A stretch of DNA of 63,788 nt, counting the filler, from Candidatus Rokuibacteriota bacterium (GTDB lineage: Bacteria > JAUVQV01 > DATDCY01), in NCBI GenBank assembly GCA_031406795.1. It is 5 parts of 5 records of this genome, joined end to end, with 100 filler letters (N's around TTAATTAATTAA, not from the genome) between each part and the next. Parts side by side here need not be neighbours in the genome. Positions count along the whole stretch, not along the records: positions 15,490 to 25,263 come from JANOHV010000045.1; positions 25,364 to 35,597 come from JANOHV010000064.1; 3 more parts are not named here. The stretch is one strand, 5' to 3'. The position numbers were made by a program, and so were the translations under genes. A model generated the notes under the pieces. It made no database searches. It had not been told where the DNA came from and worked only from the letters and a program-made list of their open reading frames with translations. Below are positions 18,617-27,103 of the stretch, piece after piece; within the stretch, counting starts at the first letter, position 1; each line of letters begins with the position of its first letter.

Positions 18617-19891
18617 ATGCCGGTGACTGCCCGATACAAGGGCGTTACTGCCGGCCTGCACATTTCAAGCTTGATCGCCGCAGCGGCAACCGTCATCCTC
18701 GGCGTCCTGTCCGGACTCACCGTCCGGGCCTCGGCGCAGTCCATCACGGTGTTCGAGGGCGCCCGGATCATCGTGGGCGATGGAAGCGTGATCGAGAACG
18801 GGACCTTGGTGGTGGAAAGCGTGACGATTGCCCAGGCCGGCAAGGCCGCCGACGTCCGGGTGCCCGACGGCGCGAAGCGCGTGAATCTGGCCGGCAAGAC
18901 CGTGATGCCGATGCTCATCGACGCCCACGTGCATCTCGGCAGCAACCGCGGCGACATGATCCGGGACTTGAAGACGCGCGCCTCATACGGCGTGGGCGCA
19001 GTCCTGAGCCTCGGCACGGATGGATTCGACGTGCTCTCCCTGCGCGACGAGGCGATTCCGGCCGCCGCGCGCTATGTCAGCGCCGGGCGTGGGATCACGA
19101 TGCCCGAACCGGGGCGCTCAACGGTGCCCTATTGGGTCACGTCCGAGGCGGAAGCCCGGGCGGCGGTGGCGGAGCTCGCCGCGCGCAAGGTCGACATCGT
19201 CAAGATCTGGGTCGACACGCGAGAGGGGAAATACAAGAAGATGCCCCCCGAGATCTACGGCGCCGTCATCGACGAGGCGCACCAGCGGGGGCTCCGGGTC
19301 ATCGCGCACATCTTCGAGCTCGTGGACGCCAAGGGGCTCCTTCGCGCCGGGATCGATGCCTTCGCGCACGGCATCCGGGACCGGGACATCGACGATGAAG
19401 CGGTCGCCCTGTTCAAGCAGCATCCGGACGTGGTCCTCACCGCGAACCTTCCCGACCGCGGGGTGAGAGTGAATCTGGGCTGGCTGCGGGGGGTCATTCC
19501 CGCAGCGGAGTTCGCGAAACTCGAAGAGGCGAACACCGACCGGCCGGAGGCCCAGGCCTTCTACGGCATCCAGGCCCGCAATCTGGCGAAGCTCAACGCG
19601 GCCGGCGTGCCGATCATGCTCGGGAGCGACGGGAACAGGATCTGGGGCCCGCACGAGGAGATGCTGGACATGGCGGCCACCGGGATGACGCCGATGCAGG
19701 TCATCGTGGCGGCGACGCGCACGCCGGCAGAGTTCCTGCGGATCGCGGACATGGGCACCCTGCGGGCGGGCAAGAGCGCCGACTTCATCGTGCTCGACGC
19801 AAACCCGCTGGACGACATCACCAACGCGAGGCGCATCTCGGCCGTGTACCAGCGCGGCGCGGCCGTGGACCGCACTTCGCCGGCGCCGTGA
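18617..19891 (+). CDS. Secreted amidohydrolase family protein
   Basis: Signal peptide; GKTVMPMLIDAHVH, IVKIW, AHIF, AHG, GSDG, GKSADFIVLDANPLDDI; also in frame with the MPIKKS start at 18560. Confidence 0.9.
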   Translation: MPVTARYKGVTAGLHISSLIAAAATVILGVLSGLTVRASAQSITVFEGARIIVGDGSVIENGTLVVESVTIAQAGKAADVRVPDGAKRVNLAGKTVMPMLIDAHVHLGSNRGDMIRDLKTRASYGVGAVLSLGTDGFDVLSLRDEAIPAAARYVSAGRGITMPEPGRSTVPYWVTSEAEARAAVAELAARKVDIVKIWVDTREGKYKKMPPEIYGAVIDEAHQRGLRVIAHIFELVDAKGLLRAGIDAFAHGIRDRDIDDEAVALFKQHPDVVLTANLPDRGVRVNLGWLRGVIPAAEFAKLEEANTDRPEAQAFYGIQARNLAKLNAAGVPIMLGSDGNRIWGPHEEMLDMAATGMTPMQVIVAATRTPAEFLRIADMGTLRAGKSADFIVLDANPLDDITNARRISAVYQRGAAVDRTSPAP

Positions 19892-19925
19892 GGGCGCCCC
19901 GTTGAGCGCTGCTTCCCGTCCGACA

Positions 19926-20002
19926 CGATCTGGGTGGCGAACGCTATGAACCCGAGTTCTACTTCTGGAAGAAATAGGGAGCTTCATGCCCATCAAAAAG
20001 TC
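19926..20002 (+). repeat. Direct repeat copy 2: orphan DUF2164 3' end + hsdM start
   Basis: Encodes the same DLGGERYEPEFYFWKK* with five synonymous changes. Confidence 0.9.
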
Positions 20003-22373
20003 TGAACTCTACTCCTCCCTCTGGCGCAGCTGCGACGAGTTGCGCGGGGGAATGGACGCCTCGCAGTACAAGGACTACGTCCTCGTGCTGCTGTTCGTGA
20101 AGTATGTCTCCGACAAGTACGCCGGGCAGAAGAACGCGCTGCTGGAGGTGCCCAAGGGCGGCGGTTTCGCCGACATGGTGGCGCTCAAGGGCGACAAGGA
20201 GATCGGCGATCGGATCAACAAGATCATTGGCAAGCTCGCCGAAGCCAATGACCTCAAGGGTGTAATCGACGTCGCCGACTTCAACGACGCCGACAAGCTC
20301 GGCCGCGGCAAGGAGATGGTGGACCGCCTCTCCAATCTGGTCGCGATCTTCGATTCCCCGGCACTCGACTTCCGTGCCAACCGCGCCGAGGGGGACGACC
20401 TGCTCGGCGACGCCTACGAATACCTGATGCGCCACTTCGCAACCGAGTCCGGCAAGAGCAAGGGACAGTTCTACACGCCGGCCGAGGTCTCGCGGATCAT
20501 CGCCAAGGTGGTCGGCGCCGGTAAGGCGACATCCGCTAACCAGGCGATTTACGACCCGACCGGCGGCTCCGGCTCGCTGGTGATCAAGGCGCACGACGAG
20601 GCGAAAAGCAGCACCGGGCTGGATCTAGCCATCTACATGCAGGAAATGGACAACGCCACGGCCGCCCTTGCCCGGATGAACGCGATCTTGCACGACTGTC
20701 CGACGGCCGAGATCTGGCGGGACAACACCCTCTCGAGCCCGCACTTCAAGCAGGGCGGCACGCTCAAGACCTTCGACTTCGTCGTCGCCAATCCACCCTT
20801 CTCCACCAAGGCCTGGAGCAACGGCTTCAATCCCGCCGAGGACGAATACCAACGCTTCCCCTATGGCCTCCCGCCCGCGAAGAACGGCGATTACGCCTTC
20901 CTGTTGCACGTCCTCGCCTCGCTCAAGAGCACCGGCAAGGGCGCGGTCATCCTGCCGCATGGCGTGCTCTTTCGCGGCGGCGCCGAGGCCGCCATCCGCC
21001 GCGAGATTGTCCGTCGCGGTCTGATCAAGGGCATCATCGGCTTGCCAGCCAACCTCTTCTACGGTGTCGGCATTGCCGCCTGCATTGTCGTGCTGGACAA
21101 GGAGCACGCCGCCGCCCGCAAGGGGATCTTCATGGTGGATGCCTCCAAGGGCTTCATCAAGGACGGCCCGAAGAACCGGCTGCGCGCCCAGGATATCCAC
21201 AAGATCGTCGACATCTTCACCCGCCGGCTCGACCTCCCCCGCTACTCCCGGATGGTGCCGCTCGCCGAGATCGAGGCCAACGACTTCAACCTGAACTTGC
21301 CGCGCTACATCGACAGCACCGAACCCGAGGACATCCAGGACATCGACGGCCATCTGCGCGGCGGCATCCCGGTGCGCGACATCGATGCGCTGGACGCGTA
21401 TTGGGAGGTCTTCCCGGCCGTGCGCGCCGTCCTGTTCAAGAGGGCCGACCGCCCCGGCTACAGCCAGCTGAAAGTGCCCGCGGGGGAGATCAAGAAGACG
21501 ATCTTCGAACATGCCGAATTTTCCGTCTTTACCTCTGGGGTGAATTCCCTTTTCGCGAAGTGGAAGAAGGCCGCGACACACACCCTCAAGGGGGTAGCCA
21601 TTGGCGCCAAGCCCAAGGCGCTGATCGAGGCCCTCTCCGAGGAGATGCTCGAGACCTTCCGCAAGGCGCCGCTTCTCGACGCATACGACATCTACCAGCA
21701 CCTGATGGACTATTGGGCCGAGACGATGCAGGACGACGTTTATATGCTCGTGCACGACGGCTGGAAGGCCGTGATCGACGGGAAGCCGAATGCCGACCTC
21801 CTGCCGCCGACGCTCATCATCGCCCAGTATTTCGGTGCCGAGCAGGCTGGCATCGAGAAGCTCGAAGCCGACCGCGACGCCATCTCCCGCCAGATGGAGG
21901 AGATCGACGAGGAGCAGGGCGGCGAAGAGGGCTTGCTGTCCGACGCCAAGACGGACAAGGGGAAGCTCACCGCAAAGAGCGTCAAGGATCGCCTCAAAGC
22001 CATCAAGGGCGACAAGGTTGCCGCCGAAGAGCGGACGGCGCTGGACGGCTACCTCAGGCTGATTGAACAGGAATCCGAGGCCGGCAGGAAGGTGAAAGTC
22101 GCGCAGAAGGCGCTCGATGTCCTGGTCGCTGCAAAGTACGGAAAACTCACCGAGGCAGAGATCAAGACGCTGGTGGTGGACGACAAATGGCTGACGACGA
22201 TTGCCGCCGCCGTCCAGGGCGAATTGGACCGCGTGTCGCAAACGCTCACCGGCCGCATCCGGCAACTTGCCGAGCGCTATGCGGCCCCACTGCCGCAAAT
22301 CGTCGATGAGGTCGCGACCCTCGCAGCCCGGGTGGACGAGCACCTGACGAAGATGGGGGCAACGTGGCGGTAG
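19986..22373 (+). CDS. hsdM: Type I R-M N6-adenine methyltransferase subunit
   Basis: CDELRGGMDASQYKDY, GQFYTP, IYDPTGGSGSL, VVANPPF, ILPHGVLFRG, FNLNLPRYI. Confidence 0.96.
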   Translation: MPIKKSELYSSLWRSCDELRGGMDASQYKDYVLVLLFVKYVSDKYAGQKNALLEVPKGGGFADMVALKGDKEIGDRINKIIGKLAEANDLKGVIDVADFNDADKLGRGKEMVDRLSNLVAIFDSPALDFRANRAEGDDLLGDAYEYLMRHFATESGKSKGQFYTPAEVSRIIAKVVGAGKATSANQAIYDPTGGSGSLVIKAHDEAKSSTGLDLAIYMQEMDNATAALARMNAILHDCPTAEIWRDNTLSSPHFKQGGTLKTFDFVVANPPFSTKAWSNGFNPAEDEYQRFPYGLPPAKNGDYAFLLHVLASLKSTGKGAVILPHGVLFRGGAEAAIRREIVRRGLIKGIIGLPANLFYGVGIAACIVVLDKEHAAARKGIFMVDASKGFIKDGPKNRLRAQDIHKIVDIFTRRLDLPRYSRMVPLAEIEANDFNLNLPRYIDSTEPEDIQDIDGHLRGGIPVRDIDALDAYWEVFPAVRAVLFKRADRPGYSQLKVPAGEIKKTIFEHAEFSVFTSGVNSLFAKWKKAATHTLKGVAIGAKPKALIEALSEEMLETFRKAPLLDAYDIYQHLMDYWAETMQDDVYMLVHDGWKAVIDGKPNADLLPPTLIIAQYFGAEQAGIEKLEADRDAISRQMEEIDEEQGGEEGLLSDAKTDKGKLTAKSVKDRLKAIKGDKVAAEERTALDGYLRLIEQESEAGRKVKVAQKALDVLVAAKYGKLTEAEIKTLVVDDKWLTTIAAAVQGELDRVSQTLTGRIRQLAERYAAPLPQIVDEVATLAARVDEHLTKMGATWR

Positions 22374-22454
22374 ACGGCCGGCCGGGATTGCTGGAGGCTG
22401 ACATGGCTGTCAGCCGATGGTCCCGTGTACGCCTGCGGGGTCCTGCCGCTGCGC

Positions 22455-22492
22455 ACCCCCACCGCGCTCCCTTCGGTCCGCGCGGCGGGGGT
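22455..22492. repeat. GC-rich hairpin in the 200-bp hsdM-hsdS spacer (REP-like)
   Basis: ACCCCCACCGCGC ... GCGCGGCGGGGGT, one mismatch. Confidence 0.45.
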
Positions 22493-22574
22493 CCCCCGCT
22501 TCGCGTCACCCCTTCCGGCTTGTTACGGTGTGTATGATGGGACGATGCGAATCCGCCTGCAAGGCAATTAGCCG

Positions 22575-23834
22575 ATGACCCACCCACAGAAAAATGAGCC
22601 CCTCAATCCCGGGTACAAGCAGACCGAGGTAGGTGTGATTCCGGAGGATTGGAACGTCCATGAACTCGCTTCCATCTCCGAGCGAATCATGGTTGGCATT
22701 GCGAGCGCTGCAACTCACGCCTATCGGCCGAGAGGCGTACCGCTGCTGAGAAACCAAAACATCAAGCAGGGATACTTGGATGACGCCGACATCTTGCATG
22801 TTGATCCAACCTACGAATCCACCTTTCGGAATAAGCGTCTTCAAGAAGGCGACCTTCTGACGGCCCGGACTGGCTACCCAGGCATGACCTGCGTCGTCCC
22901 CCATCGTTACGATGCGGCACAAAGCTTCACAACGCTAATAACACGCCCGAACCCGGGAGCAATTGATTCCTTCTTTCTTTGCCAGTTTATCAACTCTGAG
23001 GAGGGGCAAAGATTCTTTACTTCAAGTCAGATCGGTGGTGCGCAGCAAAATGTGAATGCTGGCGCTCTGAAGAGTATGCCAGTCCCTGTTCCTCCACTAT
23101 ATGAACAACGTGCCATCGCGGCAGCGCTGGGGGATGTGGATGCGCTGATCGGCGCGCTGGACCGGCTCATCGCCAAGAAGCGCGACCTCAAGCAGGCCGC
23201 CATGCAGCAACTCCTCACCGGCCAGACCCGCCTCCCCGGCTTCCATGGGGAATGGGCGGTGAAGAAGCTCGGAGATTTCGCCGAGGTTGACCCAGACAAT
23301 CTCGGAGCCGGCACTGCCCCGAATTATACGTTCAAGTACATCTCCCTCGAAGATGTCGATTCAGGTGTGCTCAAAGGCCATTCCGAACAACTATTCAGCA
23401 CCGCCCCCTCACGAGCACGACGGAAATTACATCAGGGTGACGTTCTTGTTTCGACGGTGCGTCCCAATCTGAAGTCACACCTTCTCTTCACCAACGAAGA
23501 GCCGCACTGGATTTGTTCAACCGGCTTCACCGTGGTGCGATGCACGGAGGGGGTTGCTCACGCCGGTTATGTTTTCTTCCATCTATTCGGGCATGTCATC
23601 TCACGACAGATCGAAACCTTGCTGACCGGATCCAACTATCCCGCGATCAACGGGAAGGACGTTCGCGCTCTTGAGATCCCGCTCCCATCCCTCCCTGAAC
23701 AAACCGCCATCGCCGCCGTCCTCTCCGACATGGACGCTGAGATCGCGGCCCTCGAAGGCCGCCGCGACAAGACCCGGCTCCTCAAGCAGGGGATGATGCA
23801 GGAGCTGCTGACCGGCAAGACGCGGTTGATCTGA
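22575..23834 (+). CDS. hsdS: Type I R-M specificity subunit
   Basis: PGYKQTEVGVIPEDW, two TRDs, conserved P..EQ.AIAA.L.D.DA.I.AL...K..KQ.MMQ.LLTG.TRL repeats. Confidence 0.95.
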   Translation: MTHPQKNEPLNPGYKQTEVGVIPEDWNVHELASISERIMVGIASAATHAYRPRGVPLLRNQNIKQGYLDDADILHVDPTYESTFRNKRLQEGDLLTARTGYPGMTCVVPHRYDAAQSFTTLITRPNPGAIDSFFLCQFINSEEGQRFFTSSQIGGAQQNVNAGALKSMPVPVPPLYEQRAIAAALGDVDALIGALDRLIAKKRDLKQAAMQQLLTGQTRLPGFHGEWAVKKLGDFAEVDPDNLGAGTAPNYTFKYISLEDVDSGVLKGHSEQLFSTAPSRARRKLHQGDVLVSTVRPNLKSHLLFTNEEPHWICSTGFTVVRCTEGVAHAGYVFFHLFGHVISRQIETLLTGSNYPAINGKDVRALEIPLPSLPEQTAIAAVLSDMDAEIAALEGRRDKTRLLKQGMMQELLTGKTRLI

Positions 23835-23855
23835 GGATGCAGTATTCTGTTGAAC

Positions 23856-23893
23856 ATTCCCAATCTGGGGTTTATCGTTCCCAATATGGGAAC
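23856..23893 (+). promoter_or_regulatory. Tandem palindromic operators of the HTH-MNT gene
   Basis: Perfect GTTCCCA-ATA-TGGGAAC (23877-23893) over the start codon, plus an imperfect upstream copy ATTCCCAATCTGGGG. Confidence 0.6.
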
Positions 23894-24515
23894 GGAGAAG
23901 AAGCCTTCCGCCGGCGACGCCCTCCCCTGCATCGGGCTCGCAGACGCGCTATTTACCAAGGTCCAGCAGCGTGTCCTGGGAGTTCTGTTCGGGAATTCCG
24001 GTCGGACGTTCTATGCCAACGAGATCATCGCGCTTGCGGGCAGCGGCGTTGGCGCCGTCCAGCGGGAGCTGGCGCGGTTGGCCGCCTCCGGGCTGGTAAC
24101 GGTCGCGAGAGTCGGCAAGCAGAAGCACTACCAGGCAAATGCCGATTCCCCCGTCTTTGAAGAACTGCGGGGACTCATTCTCAAGACGTCCGGCCTTGCC
24201 GATGTCCTGAGGACGGCTCTGGCGCCGTTGGCCGCGCAGATCGACGCAGCGTTCGTCTACGGCTCCGTGGCCAAGGGGCAGGATTCCGCCGTCAGCGATA
24301 TTGATCTCATGGTCGTGAGCGAGAACCTGACCCACGCCGATCTGTTCGGGGCAATTGAAGCCGCCGTCTCGAGGCTCGGCCGAGCGGTGAATCCCACGGT
24401 CTATTCGCGGCAGGAACTCGAAAAGAGGATCCGGGAGAAGAACGCATTCATCATGCGGGTACTGGGCCAGCCCAGGCTCTGGCTGATCGGGGGAGAGCAT
24501 GACCTCGCCGCTTGA
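23886..24515 (+). CDS. HTH + minimal nucleotidyltransferase (MNT) antitoxin
   Basis: wHTH (GAVQRELARL..SGLV), AFVYGSVAKG....SDIDLMVV. Confidence 0.9.
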   Translation: MGTEKKPSAGDALPCIGLADALFTKVQQRVLGVLFGNSGRTFYANEIIALAGSGVGAVQRELARLAASGLVTVARVGKQKHYQANADSPVFEELRGLILKTSGLADVLRTALAPLAAQIDAAFVYGSVAKGQDSAVSDIDLMVVSENLTHADLFGAIEAAVSRLGRAVNPTVYSRQELEKRIREKNAFIMRVLGQPRLWLIGGEHDLAA

Positions 24516-24535
24516 AACTTGAGCCGGCCGGGTAC
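24499..24535 (+). pseudogene. Stub of the cognate (HEPN-type) partner gene
   Basis: ATG overlapping the MNT 3' end reads MTSPLET* only; the partner body is absent (identity inferred from the usual MNT-HEPN pairing). Confidence 0.35.
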
Positions 24536-24613
24536 CAGATTAGCTTCAAGCTGCTGCGGGGGTGAGGCGCGCCGTAAACAGTGATTGAGGGGCTGAAAGG
24601 ATCGGCTCGTCCA

Positions 24614-24743
24614 CGCCATCGCCGCCGTCCTCTCCGACGTGGACGCCGGGATCGCGGCCCACGAAGCCCGCCGCGACACGACCCAGCTCCTCAAGCAGGG
24701 GATGATGCAGGAGCTGCTGACCGACAATACCCGTCTGGTTTGA
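24614..24743 (+). pseudogene. hsdS: Second, orphan hsdS 3' end (direct repeat of 23705-23834)
   Basis: 130 bp colinear with the hsdS end, 14 mismatches by my count; AIAAVLSDVDAGIAAHEARRDTTQLLKQGMMQELLTDNTRLV*. Confidence 0.88.
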
Positions 24744-24755
24744 CTGCCATGGCAG

Positions 24756-24783
24756 TTGACGATCGCGCATCGAGCGTTATACT
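24756..24783 (+). promoter_or_regulatory. Sigma70 promoter of the downstream TA pair
   Basis: TTGACG-16 nt-TATACT, then AGGAGG RBS. Confidence 0.6.
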
Positions 24784-24815
24784 CATACACATATAGTTAC
24801 ACCCAAGGAGGCGAT

Positions 24816-25127
24816 ATGAAGCGCACCAACATCATGCTCAGCGACGAGCAGCACCGGCGGCTGAAGGTCAGATCGCGCCGACAGGGACGGACCCTTGGGG
24901 AGCTTGTCAGGCAGGCGGTGGATGCTTCCTACGGCAAGCATGACGCGCTTGAGGTGCGCCGCCGAATCGCTCTTGATTCCTATCAGGCCGGATTTATAAG
25001 TCTCGGCAAACTCTCCGAAGTTCTCGGTCTCGATCCGGTGAGCACGCGGCTGTATCTGCGTGAGGCGAGCATACCCTCGCAGTCGTCATCGATCGAAGAC
25101 GTCCGCCAGGATGCCGTCAACGCCTGA
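24816..25127 (+). CDS. Antitoxin, RHH + UPF0175-like domain
   Basis: MKRTNIMLSDEQHRRLK...TLGELVRQAVD; YQAGFISLGKLSEVLGL. Confidence 0.8.
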   Translation: MKRTNIMLSDEQHRRLKVRSRRQGRTLGELVRQAVDASYGKHDALEVRRRIALDSYQAGFISLGKLSEVLGLDPVSTRLYLREASIPSQSSSIEDVRQDAVNA

Positions 25128-25263
25128 GGTCGTTTTCGATTGCTGCGTCCTGAGCAACCTCGCCCAGGCTGACTCCCTCATTATTATCAAGAAAATGTAC
25201 CCAGGCGTTGCGTGCGTGACCGCATCCGTCTCCGCTGAGAATCTCCGGGGAATCCAGGGAGGG
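25111..25263 (+). CDS. PIN-domain toxin (DUF3368-like), cut by gap
   Basis: VVFDCCVLSNLA PIN-type first strand; overlaps the antitoxin. Confidence 0.7.
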
Positions 25264-25363
25264 NNNNNNNNNNNNNNNNNNNNNNNNNNNNNNNNNNNNN
25301 NNNNNNNTTAATTAATTAANNNNNNNNNNNNNNNNNNNNNNNNNNNNNNNNNNNNNNNNNNNN
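25264..25363. other. Artificial contig linker
   Basis: N-run + TTAATTAATTAA + N-run. Confidence 0.98.
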
Positions 25364-25506
25364 CCCAGCGCGCTGCCCGCCGGACCCGGCACGAGCATGC
25401 GATCGTAGACGTTGCCGTGCAGGATGAACTGGCAGGCCGCGCCGCTCTCGTAGTTGTCGACGAGTTCGCGCGCCCAGGGCGGCAGCGCCGGCGAAACTCC
25501 GGTCAC
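25364..25506 (-). CDS. AAA-family ATPase, N-terminal fragment (cut by gap)
   Basis: LPPWARELVDNYESGAACQFILHGNVYD resembles the degenerate first domain of tandem AAA ATPases; Walker motifs not in window. Confidence 0.6.
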
Positions 25507-25508
25507 CG

Positions 25509-26336
25509 TCAGTCCCTCACGCGCGGGCGGCGCGTCGCCGTATGGCGCGAGTCCGCGACGACCGGCGCCTCCCGCTCCCGCGGCAGCGCGGAGAGCGCGG
25601 CGTCGAAGCGCGCCAGATCGATCGCGAGATCCGAGGAGATCGCCTGCGGCGTGCTGCTCATCGCGGCGTTCTCGAGCGCCAGGTCGAACTGCGCCTCGAT
25701 CCGGTTGAGCTCACTTTCGATCTCCTCGCCCATCCGGGCGCGCCGCTTCTGGTTCTCGATGCGCGCCTGCACGATTTCGAGCGTGCGCGTCTTGGAATTG
25801 CGCAACTCTTCGCTGATGCCGGTCTGCCCGAGCTGCGCCTCCAGAGTCGCGGCCTGCTCGCGCAGTTCGCCGTCGTCGTCGTTCGTCCATTGCAGTGCCA
25901 GGTTCTCGCGCGCCTGCAGCAGCCGCGCGTAGTGCCCGAGCAGGGCGAGGAGCGACTCGCGGTTCTGGCCCGAGGTGAGGTCGTCGACGTGAAAACGGTC
26001 GTAGAGCGCGAGGACGCGCTGCAGCTTGGCCTTGAGCGCAAGCAGCCGCGATCGCTCCGGCCCGCCGAGTTCGGCCACCAGCTGTTCCCACCCCGCGGAC
26101 GGCTGCCGCGACGGCGGCGCGATCGCGGTGCGGGCGTCGACGACCGCGCGGAACCGCGCGTTCGAGGCCAGCCCGAACAGGTAGGCCGCCTCGAACCCGA
26201 GTCCGAGAAACCAGAAGGCCGAACTGGCGAAACCGACGATCGCGAATCCGGCGAGCGCCAGCAGGTTGAACGGGATCGCCCCGAGTCCGGGAACGCGCGG
26301 CCGCGCGGTGAAGGCCGCGCCCAGGTAGCGGAACAT
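25509..26336 (-). CDS. Membrane-anchored coiled-coil protein (PspA-associated)
   Basis: Two N-terminal TM helices, then a long helical/coiled-coil domain. Confidence 0.75.
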   Translation of the reverse strand: MFRYLGAAFTARPRVPGLGAIPFNLLALAGFAIVGFASSAFWFLGLGFEAAYLFGLASNARFRAVVDARTAIAPPSRQPSAGWEQLVAELGGPERSRLLALKAKLQRVLALYDRFHVDDLTSGQNRESLLALLGHYARLLQARENLALQWTNDDDGELREQAATLEAQLGQTGISEELRNSKTRTLEIVQARIENQKRRARMGEEIESELNRIEAQFDLALENAAMSSTPQAISSDLAIDLARFDAALSALPREREAPVVADSRHTATRRPRVRD

Positions 26337-26354
26337 GCTCTCGGCGCCCGCCCG

Positions 26355-27089
26355 CTACTGCTTTTCGGCGACCGGACCCATGCTCTTGGCCCCGGGCGCG
26401 GACGGACCGCCCAGGGCGATGCCCTCTTTCGCCGCGAAGTCGGCGAGTGCCTGGTCGGCCAGCGCCTTTTGTTCGGACTCCTGGAGATCGACGCCCGAGA
26501 AATCGAGCTTCTCGGTGGCGACCCGGGCGCGGCCGGCCGCCTTGTCGCGCTCCTCGGTGACCATCGATGTCAGCCGGTCCATGGTGTCGCCCGAGCCGCC
26601 GATGCTGCCGATCATCGAGTTCGACATCTCGGTCAGTTCCGCGAGCGCCTGCTTCATCTTCATGTCGTTGATGGTCGACTTGAGGGTCTCGAGCTTGGCT
26701 TTGGCCGACTGCACCGCGACGTTGCGGGCCTTGACGAGGTTCTTGTACGTGGTCTCCGCCTGCTCGAGTTGCTTGCGATCCTCCTCGAGCTCGCGCTGCA
26801 CGATCTGCAGGCGCAGCGCGTACTGGGCCGCCGCGTCGCGGTTGCCCGCCCGCAGGTTGGCGCCGGCCTTGGCCCGCAGGTCGCGCTCTTCATTCTCGAG
26901 TTGCCGCGTCTGGGACATCAGCCGCTCACAAAGCGCCGCGTGCGACGCCAGCCCGTCGTTGTACTTGGAGATCTGCTCGCGCAGATTTTCCTTCTCCACC
27001 TCAAGCAGGGCCTCGGGGTTCGTCCGCTCCATCCCGCTGATGAAGAGGCCGAGAAAGCCGCGAAAGATATTGATGAGCCGCTGAAGCAT
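26355..27089 (-). CDS. pspA: PspA/IM30 (ESCRT-III superfamily) protein
   Basis: N-terminal amphipathic helix MLQRLINIFRGFLG, NPEALLE, long coiled coil, ALADFAAKEG tail. Confidence 0.85.
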   Translation of the reverse strand: MLQRLINIFRGFLGLFISGMERTNPEALLEVEKENLREQISKYNDGLASHAALCERLMSQTRQLENEERDLRAKAGANLRAGNRDAAAQYALRLQIVQRELEEDRKQLEQAETTYKNLVKARNVAVQSAKAKLETLKSTINDMKMKQALAELTEMSNSMIGSIGGSGDTMDRLTSMVTEERDKAAGRARVATEKLDFSGVDLQESEQKALADQALADFAAKEGIALGGPSAPGAKSMGPVAEKQ

Positions 27090-27103
27090 GTGTCGCTACC
27101 TCC

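Noticed and set aside
18499-24743. Diverged direct repeats as possible DGR template/variable pairs
   Set aside because: Mismatches are not adenine-specific and no reverse transcriptase is present in the window.
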